From contig OZ024740.1 in NCBI GenBank assembly GCA_964016885.1, positions 144,956,001 through 145,020,000 of the forward strand: a DNA stretch of 64,000 bases. Direction: 5' to 3'. Position 1 is the first letter of the stretch; each line of letters opens with the position of its first letter. Both the position numbers and the translations under genes were made by a program. Shown one piece after another: positions 22,081 to 34,440 of the stretch. The notes below the pieces were generated by a model, which saw only the letters and a program-made list of their open reading frames with translations, did not search any database and was not told where the DNA came from. The DNA is from Eledone cirrhosa (lineage: Eukaryota).

Positions 22081-23810
22081 ATACATACATGCATACATAC
22101 ATACATGGTGACTGCCAACTCGTTTTCGAGTACGGCCACTACTTTATATCCATGTAGGAGAACCCCTACCAGTGCGCTGAACGAGTGTGACTTTTTAGTC
22201 TAGCCAGCGACTTGAAAACTCTGGTACAAACACTACACTTGTGATAATTATTGACACATAGTGCTGGGCCCATGGTACCATGTGACGACAAGTGCAGAGA
22301 GATATCCAGATATAAAGCAATGCCTGTGCCGTGAAGCTTTTATAGGGAGCAAAGGCACTGCACACAAAAGCCAGTCCCACTCTCTTAACCAAGATGATAT
22401 TTACCAAAAAGAAGAACAAGTCAACATCATTGGATACCATCATGGTTGCAGGTGTTATATCAGAGTTTTCCTTCTCCTAGAATTCTGCCTTGACAAAGGC
22501 TAAGGGATCATCTCTCCCGGTGATTTTGGATGGCCATTGACTCTTAAGAGCTCCTTTGCCCTTTGCATACATACATACATACATACATACATACATACAT
22601 ACATACATACATACATACATACATACATACATACATGATGGCTGCAAACTCTGCTAAGAGTATTGCAATCGCTTGTCAGATTATAGAGTTTGGTGCACTT
22701 TTAGACTACGGCCAGCCACACGAAGCTGTAACAGATCCTGAACAAGCAATGCCTGTGCTTTGAAGGTTTTTTTAAGTGGGGAAAGGCCTTGCACTCGACC
22801 AATCCCACTCTCTGAGTATCGAAAATACTACCCGAAAAGGAGAACTGGTCAACATCATCGGATGCTTCTGAAGCTGCAGGTTTTATTTTCAGTTTCCCTC
22901 TCCTAGAAAAGTTTTGTGACAACAACTGGGGGCCTTTCACTCCCAGGTCAAAAAAAAAAAAAAGTACTATTTGGATGGCTGTTGACTCTGCTGAGTTCCT
23001 CCGCCCTTTGACGGGTCTTGTATTTCATCCCGCAGGGTGTCCAAATATCACCCTCCTCACCAAGCAAGCCTGGTGGGTTTGCGGGTTTAATCGCCGACGA
23101 CCCGACCATGAAACAGGTTGTACTGGGTTACACGTTACCAGTAGCATTCAAGAGCGACCTGGCATACATACATACATACATACATACATACATACATACA
23201 TACGCACGCACATACATACATACATACATACATGCATACATACATACATAGTGGCTGCCAACTCGTTTTCGAGTACGGCCACTACTTTATATCCATGTAG
23301 GAGAACCCTTACCGATGCGCTGAACGAGTGTGACTTTTTAGTCCAGCCAGCGACTTGAAAACTCTGGTACAAACACTACACTTGTGACAATTATTGACAC
23401 ATAGTGCTGGGCCCTTGGTACCATGTGACGACAAGTGTAGAGAGATCTCCAGATATAAAGCAATGCCTGTGCCGTGAAGCTTTTATAGTGAGCAAAGGCA
23501 CTGCACAAAGCCAGTCCTACTCTCTTGACCAAGATGATATTTACCAAAAAGAAGAACAAGTCAACATCATTGGATACCATCAGGGTTGCAGGTGTTATAT
23601 CAGAGTTTTCCTTCTCCTAGAATTCTGCCTTGACAAAGGCTAAGGAGTCATCTCTCCCGGTGATTGACTCTTAAGAGCTCCTTTGCCCTTTGACAGGTTT
23701 TGTTTTTAGTCCTGGAAGATGTCCAAAGTCACCCTCCTCACCAAGAAACCTTGATGGGGTTGCCAATTTAGTCGCCAACGACTCGACCATGAGACAGGTT
23801 GTACTGGGAT
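22081..23810 (-). mobile_element. Three head-to-tail non-autonomous RTE-related elements (~23810-23248, ~23163-22632, ~22565-22103), each ending in (TATG)n
   Basis: Shared CTAGGAGA(A/G)GGAAA body (RTE 5'-UTR-like), shared 3' stem-loop terminus, no ORF; the first and third copies are near-identical. Confidence 0.75.
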
Positions 23811-24850
23811 ACATACATACATACGCACGCACATACATACATACATACATACATACATACATACATACATACATACATACATACATACATACATACATAC
23901 ATACATGAATGGCAAATTCTTCGCTTGCGAAGAACACTGGGAAGAATTATTGTCCTGTTCCTTGAGGTGGCTGTAGAGGCCAATCCTGGACCCGCTGGCT
24001 CTGGTACACTTGGGGTAAGTGTGTACTTGGTCAGTTGGTGGTTGGGTGGCGGACAGCTTTCTTCTTTGATGTTTGTCTTCAGCTGCCACCTTCCTGCCTT
24101 TTTCAAAGCAGACTGTAACTGTTTTGATGGTCACTCTCTATTTCTCTCTGTCCTCTGCCAAATGTCCCCATTCCCTGTAATCAATATTACCTTGGATCAG
24201 CTGGCGCTTGAGTTGTCCCTTGAAGCGTTTTTTGGGGCTCCTTGGTTTCACTTGCCTTGATGTAGTTCGCTATAGAAAACTGCCTTTAGCATCCTAAAGT
24301 CGTTCATGCGCGAAACATGACCTGCCCAGTAGAGATGTCTCAGCATGCTCTCAATGCTTGTGATATCGGTGCTCTTGAGAACTTCCTCGTTTGTTACATA
24401 GTCCTCCCAATCGATACCCATGATAGAGCGAAGGCATCGCTGATTGAATATTTCCAGTAGCTGGATCTGCTTCCGGTACAGGACCCAGTTTTCAGCTCCG
24501 TAGAGGAGGGTAATGACTACAACAGATTTGTAGACTGATCTTTGTGGTGAGGCGTAGAGAGTGGTTCTGCTACACGCGTTACTGCAAGCGTCCGAATGAG
24601 CTGCTGACCTGAGCAATGCGGTTGTTAATGTCCTTTGCTGAGGTTGCGTAAGTATGTGAAGTACTTCACTGCACTGAGGGGGTGCCCATCGATGTTAATC
24701 TGCATAGGGTGGTACTCTTCATCTGCTGGCTTCTGGGACATGACTTCAGTTTTCTTGAGGCTGATGGTGAGGCCAAAGGCTTTGGCTACCCGAACAAGAA
24801 TTTTGCCTGCGGTTGAGAGTAGCAGTCCGATTTTTGGCCTTTGTTCTTGT
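23811..24850 (-). mobile_element. Internally deleted RTE LINE with 3' end and (TATG)n tail
   Basis: LLSTAGKILVRV joined to AKAFGLTISLKKTEV (RT core lost); LLYGAENW; WAGHVSRM; one zinc-finger remnant; CTTCGC-aa-GCGAAG hairpin before the tail. Confidence 0.85.
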
Positions 24851-24887
24851 ACAAGGATACTATCACGGCACACACACACACACAAAT

Positions 24888-25115
24888 TCTGCATGTACAC
24901 ATATACAGATACTAAGCATATGCACATGCACACATAAACTGAAAACATCCACATCCACATTCACACATCCATACTTTCATACAGACGCATGCATGCAGAC
25001 ATACATACATATCTAACTAGTTGATGTTGATTAAATTCCAATGAGAGAGTCTTGTGCCTATGTTAGAAACCGACTCTCTCTCTTTATTGGTAAAAATTCA
25101 TGAAATTATAAAAAC
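24888..25115 (+). mobile_element. 3' UTR-only copy of the R4/Dong-like element
   Basis: Matches ~26160-26372; followed by CATA repeats. Confidence 0.75.
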
Positions 25116-25228
25116 ATACATGCATGCATGCACGCACGCACGCACACACACACACATACATACATACATACATACATACATACATACATACATACATACA
25201 TACATACATACATACATACATACATACA

Positions 25229-26380
25229 ATCATGAGAGTTGGGAAGGAACTCCTCGAGAGATATATACTGTGTGATAATCAAAAACTCACACTCAGGGAA
25301 GTCGCTCAGCAGTATCGCAGTGAATCCATGGATGATAAACTGCATGCTTATCAGCAAAAAATCATGCATGGATATGTTGCCAGGAAGCTCCAGAGTGAGA
25401 GTAATATAGATAAGGAAAGTAGTCTATCTTGGACCAACAACCGCTATATTGGCTCCCACTTTGAAGGATACGCTTTTGCAATCCAAGAACAGGAGATTAA
25501 CACGAAATACCTGATTCACAAAAGAGATAGGGATGCAGGCAAAATACCTAGATGTGATAACAAGTGCAGACTCTGCAGAACTAACATCGAGGATATCACC
25601 CATGTCATCAGCAGCTGTCCAAAGATGTCATCGCGGTACTATCTACCTACGAGGCATGATGTAGTGGCCAAAACACTGTACAATGCAGTTCATAAAAAGA
25701 TAGCCCCGATAATAAACACATTAAAAGCTACAACAATGTGGAAGACATCCATGTACATAATATGAAAGAGTACTGGTGGAATGTTCCAGTAAAAACCCCA
25801 ATAAAATGCAGATATAACAGACCCGATATTATGATATGGGACAGGGAGAAGAAAGCATGCACTGTAGTGGAAATTAGCTGCCCAGCAGATGCCAATATAT
25901 TATCAAAGATTAGCGAAAAGGAGAATATTTATACAGAACTGATGAGAAATCTACAGATACTCTACCCTGATTATACCTTCAGATTTATGCCTGTGATTAT
26001 TGGGACACTGGGGGTATGTTAGTAACTGCCTCAATACACATCTTGAGAAGCTGGGCTTCACAGTAACAGAAAGAACACAACTAGTTAGGAAATTACAAGT
26101 ACAATCCATTAATGGAACAGTAAAAATATGTAAAACATTCAAAAAATTGTGCATCTAATAACTGCATATACACACGTACAGATACAAAGCATATACACAT
26201 GCAAACATACAACTCAAAACATACACATCACACATACAATAACATCCATATCTACACATGCATGCATACATAATCTACCTAGTTGATGTTGTGTACATTT
26301 TAATGAGAGAGTCTTGTGTCTATGTTAGAAACCGACTCTCTCGCTATTGGCAAAGATTTGTGAAATTATAAAACCAGAAG
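25229..26380 (+). mobile_element. R4/Dong-like non-LTR element, 5'-truncated (CCHC knuckle plus restriction-like endonuclease, frameshifted)
   Basis: FEGYAFAIQEQEINT, CRLC...HVISSC, RHDVVA, NRPDIMIWD...VVEISCP...EKENIY; stop 26156-26158; (CATA)n at both junctions. Confidence 0.85.
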
Positions 26381-28012
26381 AACATACATACATAACATGT
26401 ATTGGTATGGGTGTGTGGTTAAGAAGTTCATTTCGCAACCATGTTGTTTCGGGTTAGCCCTACTGATAAAATAAATACTAAACTTTGAAAAATATAACCA
26501 TTGGGGTTGATATGATTGACCATTCAATGCCGTACGCCATCATGGCCTTAGTTCAATGACTGAAATCACGAAAATAATCAGGCATTTTTGTCTCTCATTT
26601 GTTGACATTTATAATCAGTGCATCATTTCGTTTCTCTTTTCTATATCTCTGTTTGGTCGTTCTAGCTTGTGGAGTAAATTTGCTTAGCTAAGGAGATCTA
26701 ATATGACCGAAACATACTCGTTACTTTCATCAAATTGACGTGTAGCCAAGCTGCACTGCACTCTTAAATTGTCCCCAAAGACTTCGATCACCTCAGGCTA
26801 TAGGAGTGCTTTCCCTTGCTTGCTTCTCGTTATTTGAACACCCCTAAAAAGAATTTCGGTTTTGAAATTGAGGAAGGATAGTCTCAAATTAATTAAAGTC
26901 ACTTTTCCCACTCGCCACATTCAGATTGCGATATATTATCTATCTATCTCACACTCTCTCTATATAGAGATAGATAGATAAATAAGTATGTGTTTGTGTG
27001 TATATCTGGGTGTATGTATATGTACATATATATCTGTATTTCTCTATAATTCACTTTATATTTCTCATATCTTAAGCTATCCTACAATATCCTTCTCAGT
27101 CACTTCCTAGATACATATCTTTCTATATGTCCCCTCTACCATGTCCTCCTTTACTACCTTTATACCTCTCCTATACGTTATCGTTCCTTCATTATTCTGT
27201 TTCCCCACAGAAACATTCGCTACTCCCATTTCCCTTTTTGGTTCTGTCTACAACTTTGTCTCTTTCTTATCTCCCTTCCTCTTCTCTCATCTCCCTGCTA
27301 TCTTCATGCTCCTCTTTACCGCTTCCCTCTCACACTTTCACTTTTGACCCCCTCCCCACCATCATTACAAATATATCCTTGTCCCTTTTTTCACCATTCA
27401 CTTCTTTTTTTATTCATTTTTTTTCTAACACATACACTCATTCTCTCTTCTCTTCTTTTCTCATAGAGCTTCCTTCCTTTCATTCTATCCACTCTCCCCA
27501 GTTTTTCTTTGTCTTCTTTCTTTCTCTCCTTCCTCCCCCTCAATCACTGTTGCTGTCATGGACCTACATCTCTCTATCATTGTATCCTTTGCGTATCAAA
27601 CACAGCAGCAGTAATGGAAATACAGATTGCCCACTGCATCAACCGAACTGCTGTTTAGCAGTTGTGGAAAAGCGGTTGGCAATTACTCCGTATAAGCCAC
27701 CACCACCACCACTTTCCAAATTACAAGTACTGTCTGTATTATATATACGCATACATACCAAATACATATCATCTATATATTTATATCCATTTTAACTTGA
27801 CGCTCCTTCACATATGTAAATACACAAGTACGCACGCGCACACACTCATTCACATATGTATTAAGTCCGTCAAATCGTCGCCCCATTCACAACATTAAAG
27901 AGAGGAGGCGAGTTGAGGAAATTGTACCGTGTGATCTGCTTACAAAATATCTACACATGTGTTGCTTTTAAGAGAAGTTCAGTGGTTCTTCATTACAATC
28001 ACTTACTCAACC

Positions 28013-28144
28013 ATGTTGAATTCGGTAATAGGACAATACGAAAAACTGTGGTTGGCAGATTTTTTCCACCGTTTTCCTCATGTCAACTTTACCTGGCCAT
28101 GGGCTGACTCTCACTTTAGTTCGGTGAACATTCCTTATTTCCAC
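28013..28144 (+). CDS. First coding exon of a probable Tweety-family (TTYH) membrane protein
   Basis: CAACC-ATG; MLNSVIGQYEKLWLADFFHRFPHVNFTWPWADSHFSSVNIPYFH, then a phase-0 GTAAGT donor. Matches the recalled Tweety N-terminal pattern Y..(W)...H..P..(N/D)...(S).F.....Y in content and length. Exon 2 not found in the window. Confidence 0.75.
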
Positions 28145-29562
28145 GTAAGTACTTAATTATCTTATTTAAAGGCAGTCATACATTATAATTTGTGTGTGCG
28201 GTTTCTCTGCGCTATGTGACCTGAAATCTTGATTATAATGTGAGAGCGTTAGACTTAGTAAACACATGTTATCAATATATTTCACATAGACACAAATGTG
28301 TATGTGAAATACAGTAAGTTACTGTATTAACTCGAATCTATCAGAACAGTTTTTCACATGACATTAGAGTGTAGGGTGTTGGCTGTATGTCTTAATTTTG
28401 ACCTTTTTCTTCTAAAAAATATGACCAGTAATAAATGAAAATTTGTTGTCTCCCGCCTCCCTTTTCTAAAGCAGACCCTTCTTTGTTTCTTTGCTTCGCT
28501 AATCAGTGTTCCTTGTTTAGTATTTATATACACTCTTACCGTTCTCAATCCACAATGACCGTTAAAAATTGTCTGTCAGTCAGCGTACAAATGATATAGG
28601 TTCATTGGTTTTATCAGAGGACTACTACCAATCTCGTTATATTGCTGTTCATGTTTGTTTTTGTTCCACAATTTCCAGATATATCTTTTTAATGCTATCA
28701 TTTACTAAGTTTCATCTAACTGAAGCTTTCGTTTTAGAATAGTAAAACAAAAACAAAAAACAAACATGAAAATAGACAGCGTATGCTACATAAAAAGCAT
28801 AGGGTTTTAATTAAAAATAAAGCAATGAATTCTTCATATTTAATTAACAAAGTAATTTTAATTAACACCAAACCATAACATATATTGCCATGTAGACACG
28901 CATACACATGTATATATACGTATATGACAATTTTTACATGCATTATACTGATATATATATATATATATATATATATCGTAACAATTTGTATCATATTTAC
29001 ACCCCTCATAGGCATTTAGATGTTGTCCTTATGGTATTCGAAGAAATCTTTATTGATTTATTTATAACAGATATAACAAATATTCTAAAATATTTCATTA
29101 ATTTATTTATAAATCGATTTCGTTGTTCTATTAATATTTTTGTAAGTTTACGTTTTATTTTTTATTTCAGTAATACTAATTATCATTAATATATTTTTTT
29201 TATTAAGGCGATAGATTGGCAGAATTGTTAGAGTCGGAGAAAATGCTTTGCTGTATTTATTTCGGCTCTTTGTTTTAAGTTCAAATCCCATCGGAGTCAA
29301 TTTTACCTTTCAATCCTTCAGGGGTCGATTAAAATAAAGTACTGGGTTCAATATAATCTAAACCTCGTCCAATTGGCTTAGTGTCTAAATCAGATACTAT
29401 TCTTATTTGAATTTGTAGAAACACTAAATCTGTTCCAGATTTTTACATCCTGGACCGGGGGTGGAGATTCAATTTAATCGACTTTTCCCTGGTCCCCAAA
29501 TTGCTGGCCTTGTGTTTAAGTTAGTAATCAGGTAAATTTATAGACCCCCCCCCCCCCCCCCC

Positions 29563-29985
29563 CCCCTCGATTTCAGTGGGAAATAATTATTTTTCATTTT
29601 TTTTTTTCGTGTGCTATCAATTAAACGTACCTCTGAATATGCTCCAAAGGATTTTTTTTCCCCGGAAAACGGAGGGAGGAGTAAGGGGGACTCTCGACCC
29701 CCCCCCCCCCCCCCCATCTCCGGAGTTTTCTTTACTACATTTCTCTTGTTATTTTTTCGTGAGCTACCAACTAATCTTACCTTTGAACATGCCGCAAAGG
29801 ACCTTTCCCTCCCGGAAAACGGAGGAGGAAGAGGGACCCTCGGACTTGCTAGGAGTTGGTGAAAAGTTCGAGGGTCTCCCCTCTTCTTCCGTTTAACGGG
29901 AAAAAGTCCCTTGCAGTAAGATTAGTTGGTAGCACACGGGAAAAATCGAGGGAAAATAATTGTTTCGCCACTGAAAACGATGGGG
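29563..29985. mobile_element. MITE-like element with imperfect TIRs and an internal duplication
   Basis: TCGATTTCAGTGG-GAAATAATTATTTT versus AAAATAATTGTTTCGCCACTGAAAACGA; CCCGGAAAACGGAGG occurs twice. Confidence 0.55.
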
Positions 29986-30479
29986 TTATTCTTCTATAAT
30001 AATATCATTAGCCATATATTATGTGCCTAGACTAGAAATCATTATTTCCTCCTTATATTACAAGAAATCAATATTTTCTCCCGTTGAGATCTACTTTGCC
30101 TCTCAGCCTTTCGGGAGTGAAATAAAGTACTAGTAAAGTACGAAGGCCGATTAGTTTATCGAATCACTTGATCTCATTTCCCTCAAAATTCATGGCTTAT
30201 GTGCTGCGACTAAAGCATGTATAGGTTGATCTGGCCATCGTGCTGATAGCTGCTGCCCTTTCTTGCTTATGTTGCCCAACGATCTACCCGACATTTTTAC
30301 CGCGCACCTCTCATCTATCATATACCCTTTCGAATTCTGTTTTTTATAAATTGGACTACATAGAAATCTCAAAGATTTCATAAATCCCATAACAAGAGAC
30401 ATCATTTCAATGTTATTTTTGTCTAAGAAAAGGACAGGAGAAATATAAATTCTATGAAATTACAATAACTATTCATACA

Positions 30480-30640
30480 GGAAAATAATGTTCAAAGGCA
30501 TTCCAACTATGACCAGCCTGTTTTTTTTTTCAGTGCATATATGACTGTTATCCAATGTAACCTATTATAGAATGATAGGGGTGTAATTTAAGAGATATTT
30601 GGGTGCTATTTCTAGCAGATCGAATCCAGTTGCATCTCTC
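30480..30640 (+). repeat. Dispersed old repeat (GAGATTTGG.TGCTATTTCTA family); more copies near 31570, 32600, 32800, 44650, 48050, 56990, 57190, 58150
   Basis: Recurrent diverged motif on both strands; class unknown. Confidence 0.55.
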
Positions 30641-33479
30641 TTTCTCAACTTAAATGTGCATTATTTTGCACATTTAGATATTAAATTATTTCAAAAAGAT
30701 ATATGAAATAAAATTAAAATCTATAATGACGACCTCACCATCACCGCCACTTGTTAGACCTTGGCTCAACCCCATTAGACTACTGTTCATATATATATAT
30801 TGCGTTTATAGTCGAGAATTTCAAACAAGAAACCATATTGACCCTAATTCTTAAATTGGTGTGTGTATATATTTTAACCTATATGTATAAATATGCTCCA
30901 TATTTTACACACACACGTATATATATGGACTGTCATAACAAATGCATGGTTAGGTTGTGTATGTATGTGCAGATAATATTGTTTTTGTTAAATATTATAC
31001 ACATCTTTTGTGAATATACATACATGCATACTTATTTACACACGTACACACATATTACATGCACACAACCTCACTATTTTCAAATGAAGTGTTTAATTTT
31101 GAATGAAAGTAGAGAACCTTGTAATATTGATTTTATGTTAGGATCTATTGCACTAAACAGGACATTCCACGGCACCTACTACTTCCTGGATTGTCAAATA
31201 CCAGAACGGAAAAGGAATATTAATTAAAAGAAAAAAACGACTCATCGTTTCCTTTCTTATAATACTGATGTATCGGGAATTCCTCAACACCATCATACCA
31301 AATGGTTGAGTAATTTCTGTTGCATCTCCCCCTCTTATATAGCAGTCCCTGATTTCTTCACAGAATCGTTCCTGCTACACTTGTTGTTAATAAGTACTGT
31401 TGCAGTGGCTGATGTTGCAATAGTTGAGCCTGCAACTGGAAGGCACTGTTGTAGTTTTTTCATGTTTGGGGTTTTCTTTGTTTGAAAATGTTAATTCATT
31501 GTTAGCCAATAACTCCTCCTTGCAACTAGCATCTACTTAAATTATTCACGAGCTAACGAGTGAGCCACTGTAGTAGCTCGACATGCTAGAAATATCAGCT
31601 AAATCTACATAAAACCATATCCAACCATCTTACAATAGAGAGGACACATTAATTCACACTTTCTATTCAGTAGAAAATGTAGTCTAAGATGCAGAAAACT
31701 ACGGCGTGATCATGATTAGAATGCCATCTGTCATATATCTGCTTAAATTTATTTAGTTTTCTGCTACCTAATTCGGAGGATTGTCATATCGCCATTCTTT
31801 CATTCAATAGCAACAATTAAGGATATATATAAATCTGGAATTGCTAAGTTTCAATAATAATCATTGACGTGGGTTTTCTATGATTGCAGCCATATATAAA
31901 TCTCTATGCTACTGGTTTCTTTCTCTCTTTAACAAAATATTCTCCAATTACTATTGTGATTACAATTATGATTAACACTATTGCCTCTGGCTATAGACGA
32001 TGAACTTTATTGCTAACTGAAATGGTTCCTTCTGTTCTATAAGACTTAACCTAGTGTTCTTTTATTTTTAGAAGTGGGTTTATAGTATATAGTTGTAGAA
32101 AACCAGAGGCTGTCTCAATCATGTTTGTTTTTGTTTTTTCATCATCGACTCTGCGTAAACCACTATCGTTTTATAATTTGTCCTTGTAATGTTCCCCTTA
32201 TCCGTCGCCATAATATAAGAAAAATTATTGTTGTTATTTCAAATTCTTCCATAGCCAACGTTTTCTTTTACCTTTCCGAGATCGATCAGTGGGGTCGATT
32301 GGACCAACTGTACCTCTCCTGATATTTCTACAAGGCATCTTAGATGTGAAGAAATTAAAAGAAAATTGTAGCCGATGCTAGAAATCATTACTTGAACAAA
32401 ATAAATTATATCAATCCCTACTAATTTTAATTATCCCTATTCTTTTGATAGGGTGGGGGTGCTTTAAATGGCTTTGGGCACAACTACATTTCTTATACAA
32501 TTTAGCATTGATCAAAACTCATTTTAGCTGTGACCATCCAAATCTTATTTTAAGGCATTGTATATCTTCGGCAACATTCAATATGTCCTCCATTTTTTTT
32601 TTTAAGACACAGATGTAATTTGAGGTTAATTTGGACACTGTTTCCAAAACATCTAACATTCAGTTACAGGCTCTCATTGGCTCGCAACTAACTGTTAAAA
32701 GCAGAATTTGTTCTAGTAGTGAATAAAAGAAGTGATAGATTCATTGATACCTTACTATAATGTTTTAAGAGGGAGATGTGAGCCAAAGAGGGTCTTTACA
32801 CGATCGCTTCACCTACTAGACAACTAAATTTCACTAAAATCACACCACGCCGTCTTTAAAATGGCATATGTACCCAGGATAACATAGTCCTGGATACATT
32901 ACACCTAAAAATAAGGAATGTGTGTACCCAGGATAATGTAGCTCGGGATACTTCACATCGGAAACTAAGTCGAAATTATTAAAACCTTTACGGTATTTGG
33001 TTACATACACCCTTGTACATTCTGATTTTAAACCCCGTCGATGTCAACTTTGTCTCTCATCTTATGGGATCGATAAAATAAGTTCCAAATGCGAGTAGTG
33101 GAGGCGATCTCACCAATAATGCTCTGCTCCAAATTTGAGGCTTTGTTACGTTAATCATCGAAGTCCTTGTAAAAGAAGTACCGGTAATATACTGTGAGTT
33201 GTTTTAATCGTGGCCTTGTGCAAATACTAGAGGAGTTTCATCATAAGCATATATATGCCTAACGACTGTTAGCAGTAGAGGTCCACATTTAGCAAATGCC
33301 CAGCCAGATTTTGAAAAGATACTACTGGTTACAATGGCTTGACTTTTACTTCTTCGTTGTGGTGGCTCTTAATGGTTTGTTTAGATCCAGATCAACCTTA
33401 AACAAGCATTCCTATAATCAAAAACATTTAAGCCAACGAGAAAACCCCCCACGCAATCGCTCAATCTACAAGAAGTAAC

Positions 33480-34440
33480 TGCCATCATCATCGTGATGGC
33501 TTGGCTTCGCGAACGAAGATTTTGAAAGGAGGTGGTCCACGTTGACTGCAGACATGCTCGTGGCTGTTCAGGCCAATGCGGGACAGGCAGGCACAGTCTG
33601 GTCAAGGTTTAATGACTTGGTGTTGTGGTTCTTCTTCCTGTGCTTTCTGTCTTTGCGGGTGGCTCTGCAGGTGCTTTCGAAGGAGAAGGCAGCATGGTTG
33701 ACGTGGAGACGCCAGACGTCACGGTTCTCAGCTAGAGTGGACCATCAGCGATGGTTGATGTGACAGGCACTAAGGGGACTTTTTTCAAACAGTCCTTGTA
33801 TCGCTTCCTTGGTACTCCCGTCCCACTTCACGATGGCCAGTGGAGAGTTCGCCGTACAGCGTGATCCTTAGTAGGCGATGATCCTTCATCCTGGAGACGT
33901 GCATCTGTGGTGATGGTGCACTCCAGGTAGGTGAACTAATAGACTGTTTTCAGTTCAGTCTCGCCACTGGTGATAAGAGGACGTTCCTGAGGTGAAGGCT
34001 GGTAGAGTACCTTCGTCTTCTTTAAGCTTACTTCCTGCCCAAAGAGCTGGGCAGCCTCTGCGAAGCAGGAAGTGGTGCGCTGCAAGTCTTTCTGTGTGGG
34101 CAACAAAAACAGCATCGTCGGTAAAGAGGTCTTGGATCAGTTGCTGCAGTCTTCGTGTGGGCGACCTGTAGGGGACGAAGATTAAACAAGCTGCCACCAA
34201 GACGGTATCTGATGCAGACTCCGTCCTCGTTGTCAAGATGCTCTGCGGCCTGCTTCAGCATCATGCTGAAGAAGAAGAGAGCGGGTGCTAAGACACCACC
34301 CTGCTTCACTCCGTTGATGATCGGGAACGGCTTTGAAAGGTCACTGTTGAGTCTGACTTGGCCACGCTGGTCTTCGTTTAGCTGGGTGACCATGTTCAAG
34401 AACTTTGGGGGACAGCCGAGTCGTTCCATTAACTGCCATA
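33480..34440 (-). mobile_element. Decayed RTE LINE fragment with 3' end
   Basis: LGCPPKF, NGVKQG.VLAPALF, IRYRLGGSLFN; CTTCG-ttcg-CGAAG hairpin and short (GAT)n tail. Confidence 0.85.

Noticed and set aside
27127-27795. 222-aa S/L/F/P-rich ORF
   Set aside because: Product of a pyrimidine-rich low-complexity tract upstream of the exon.
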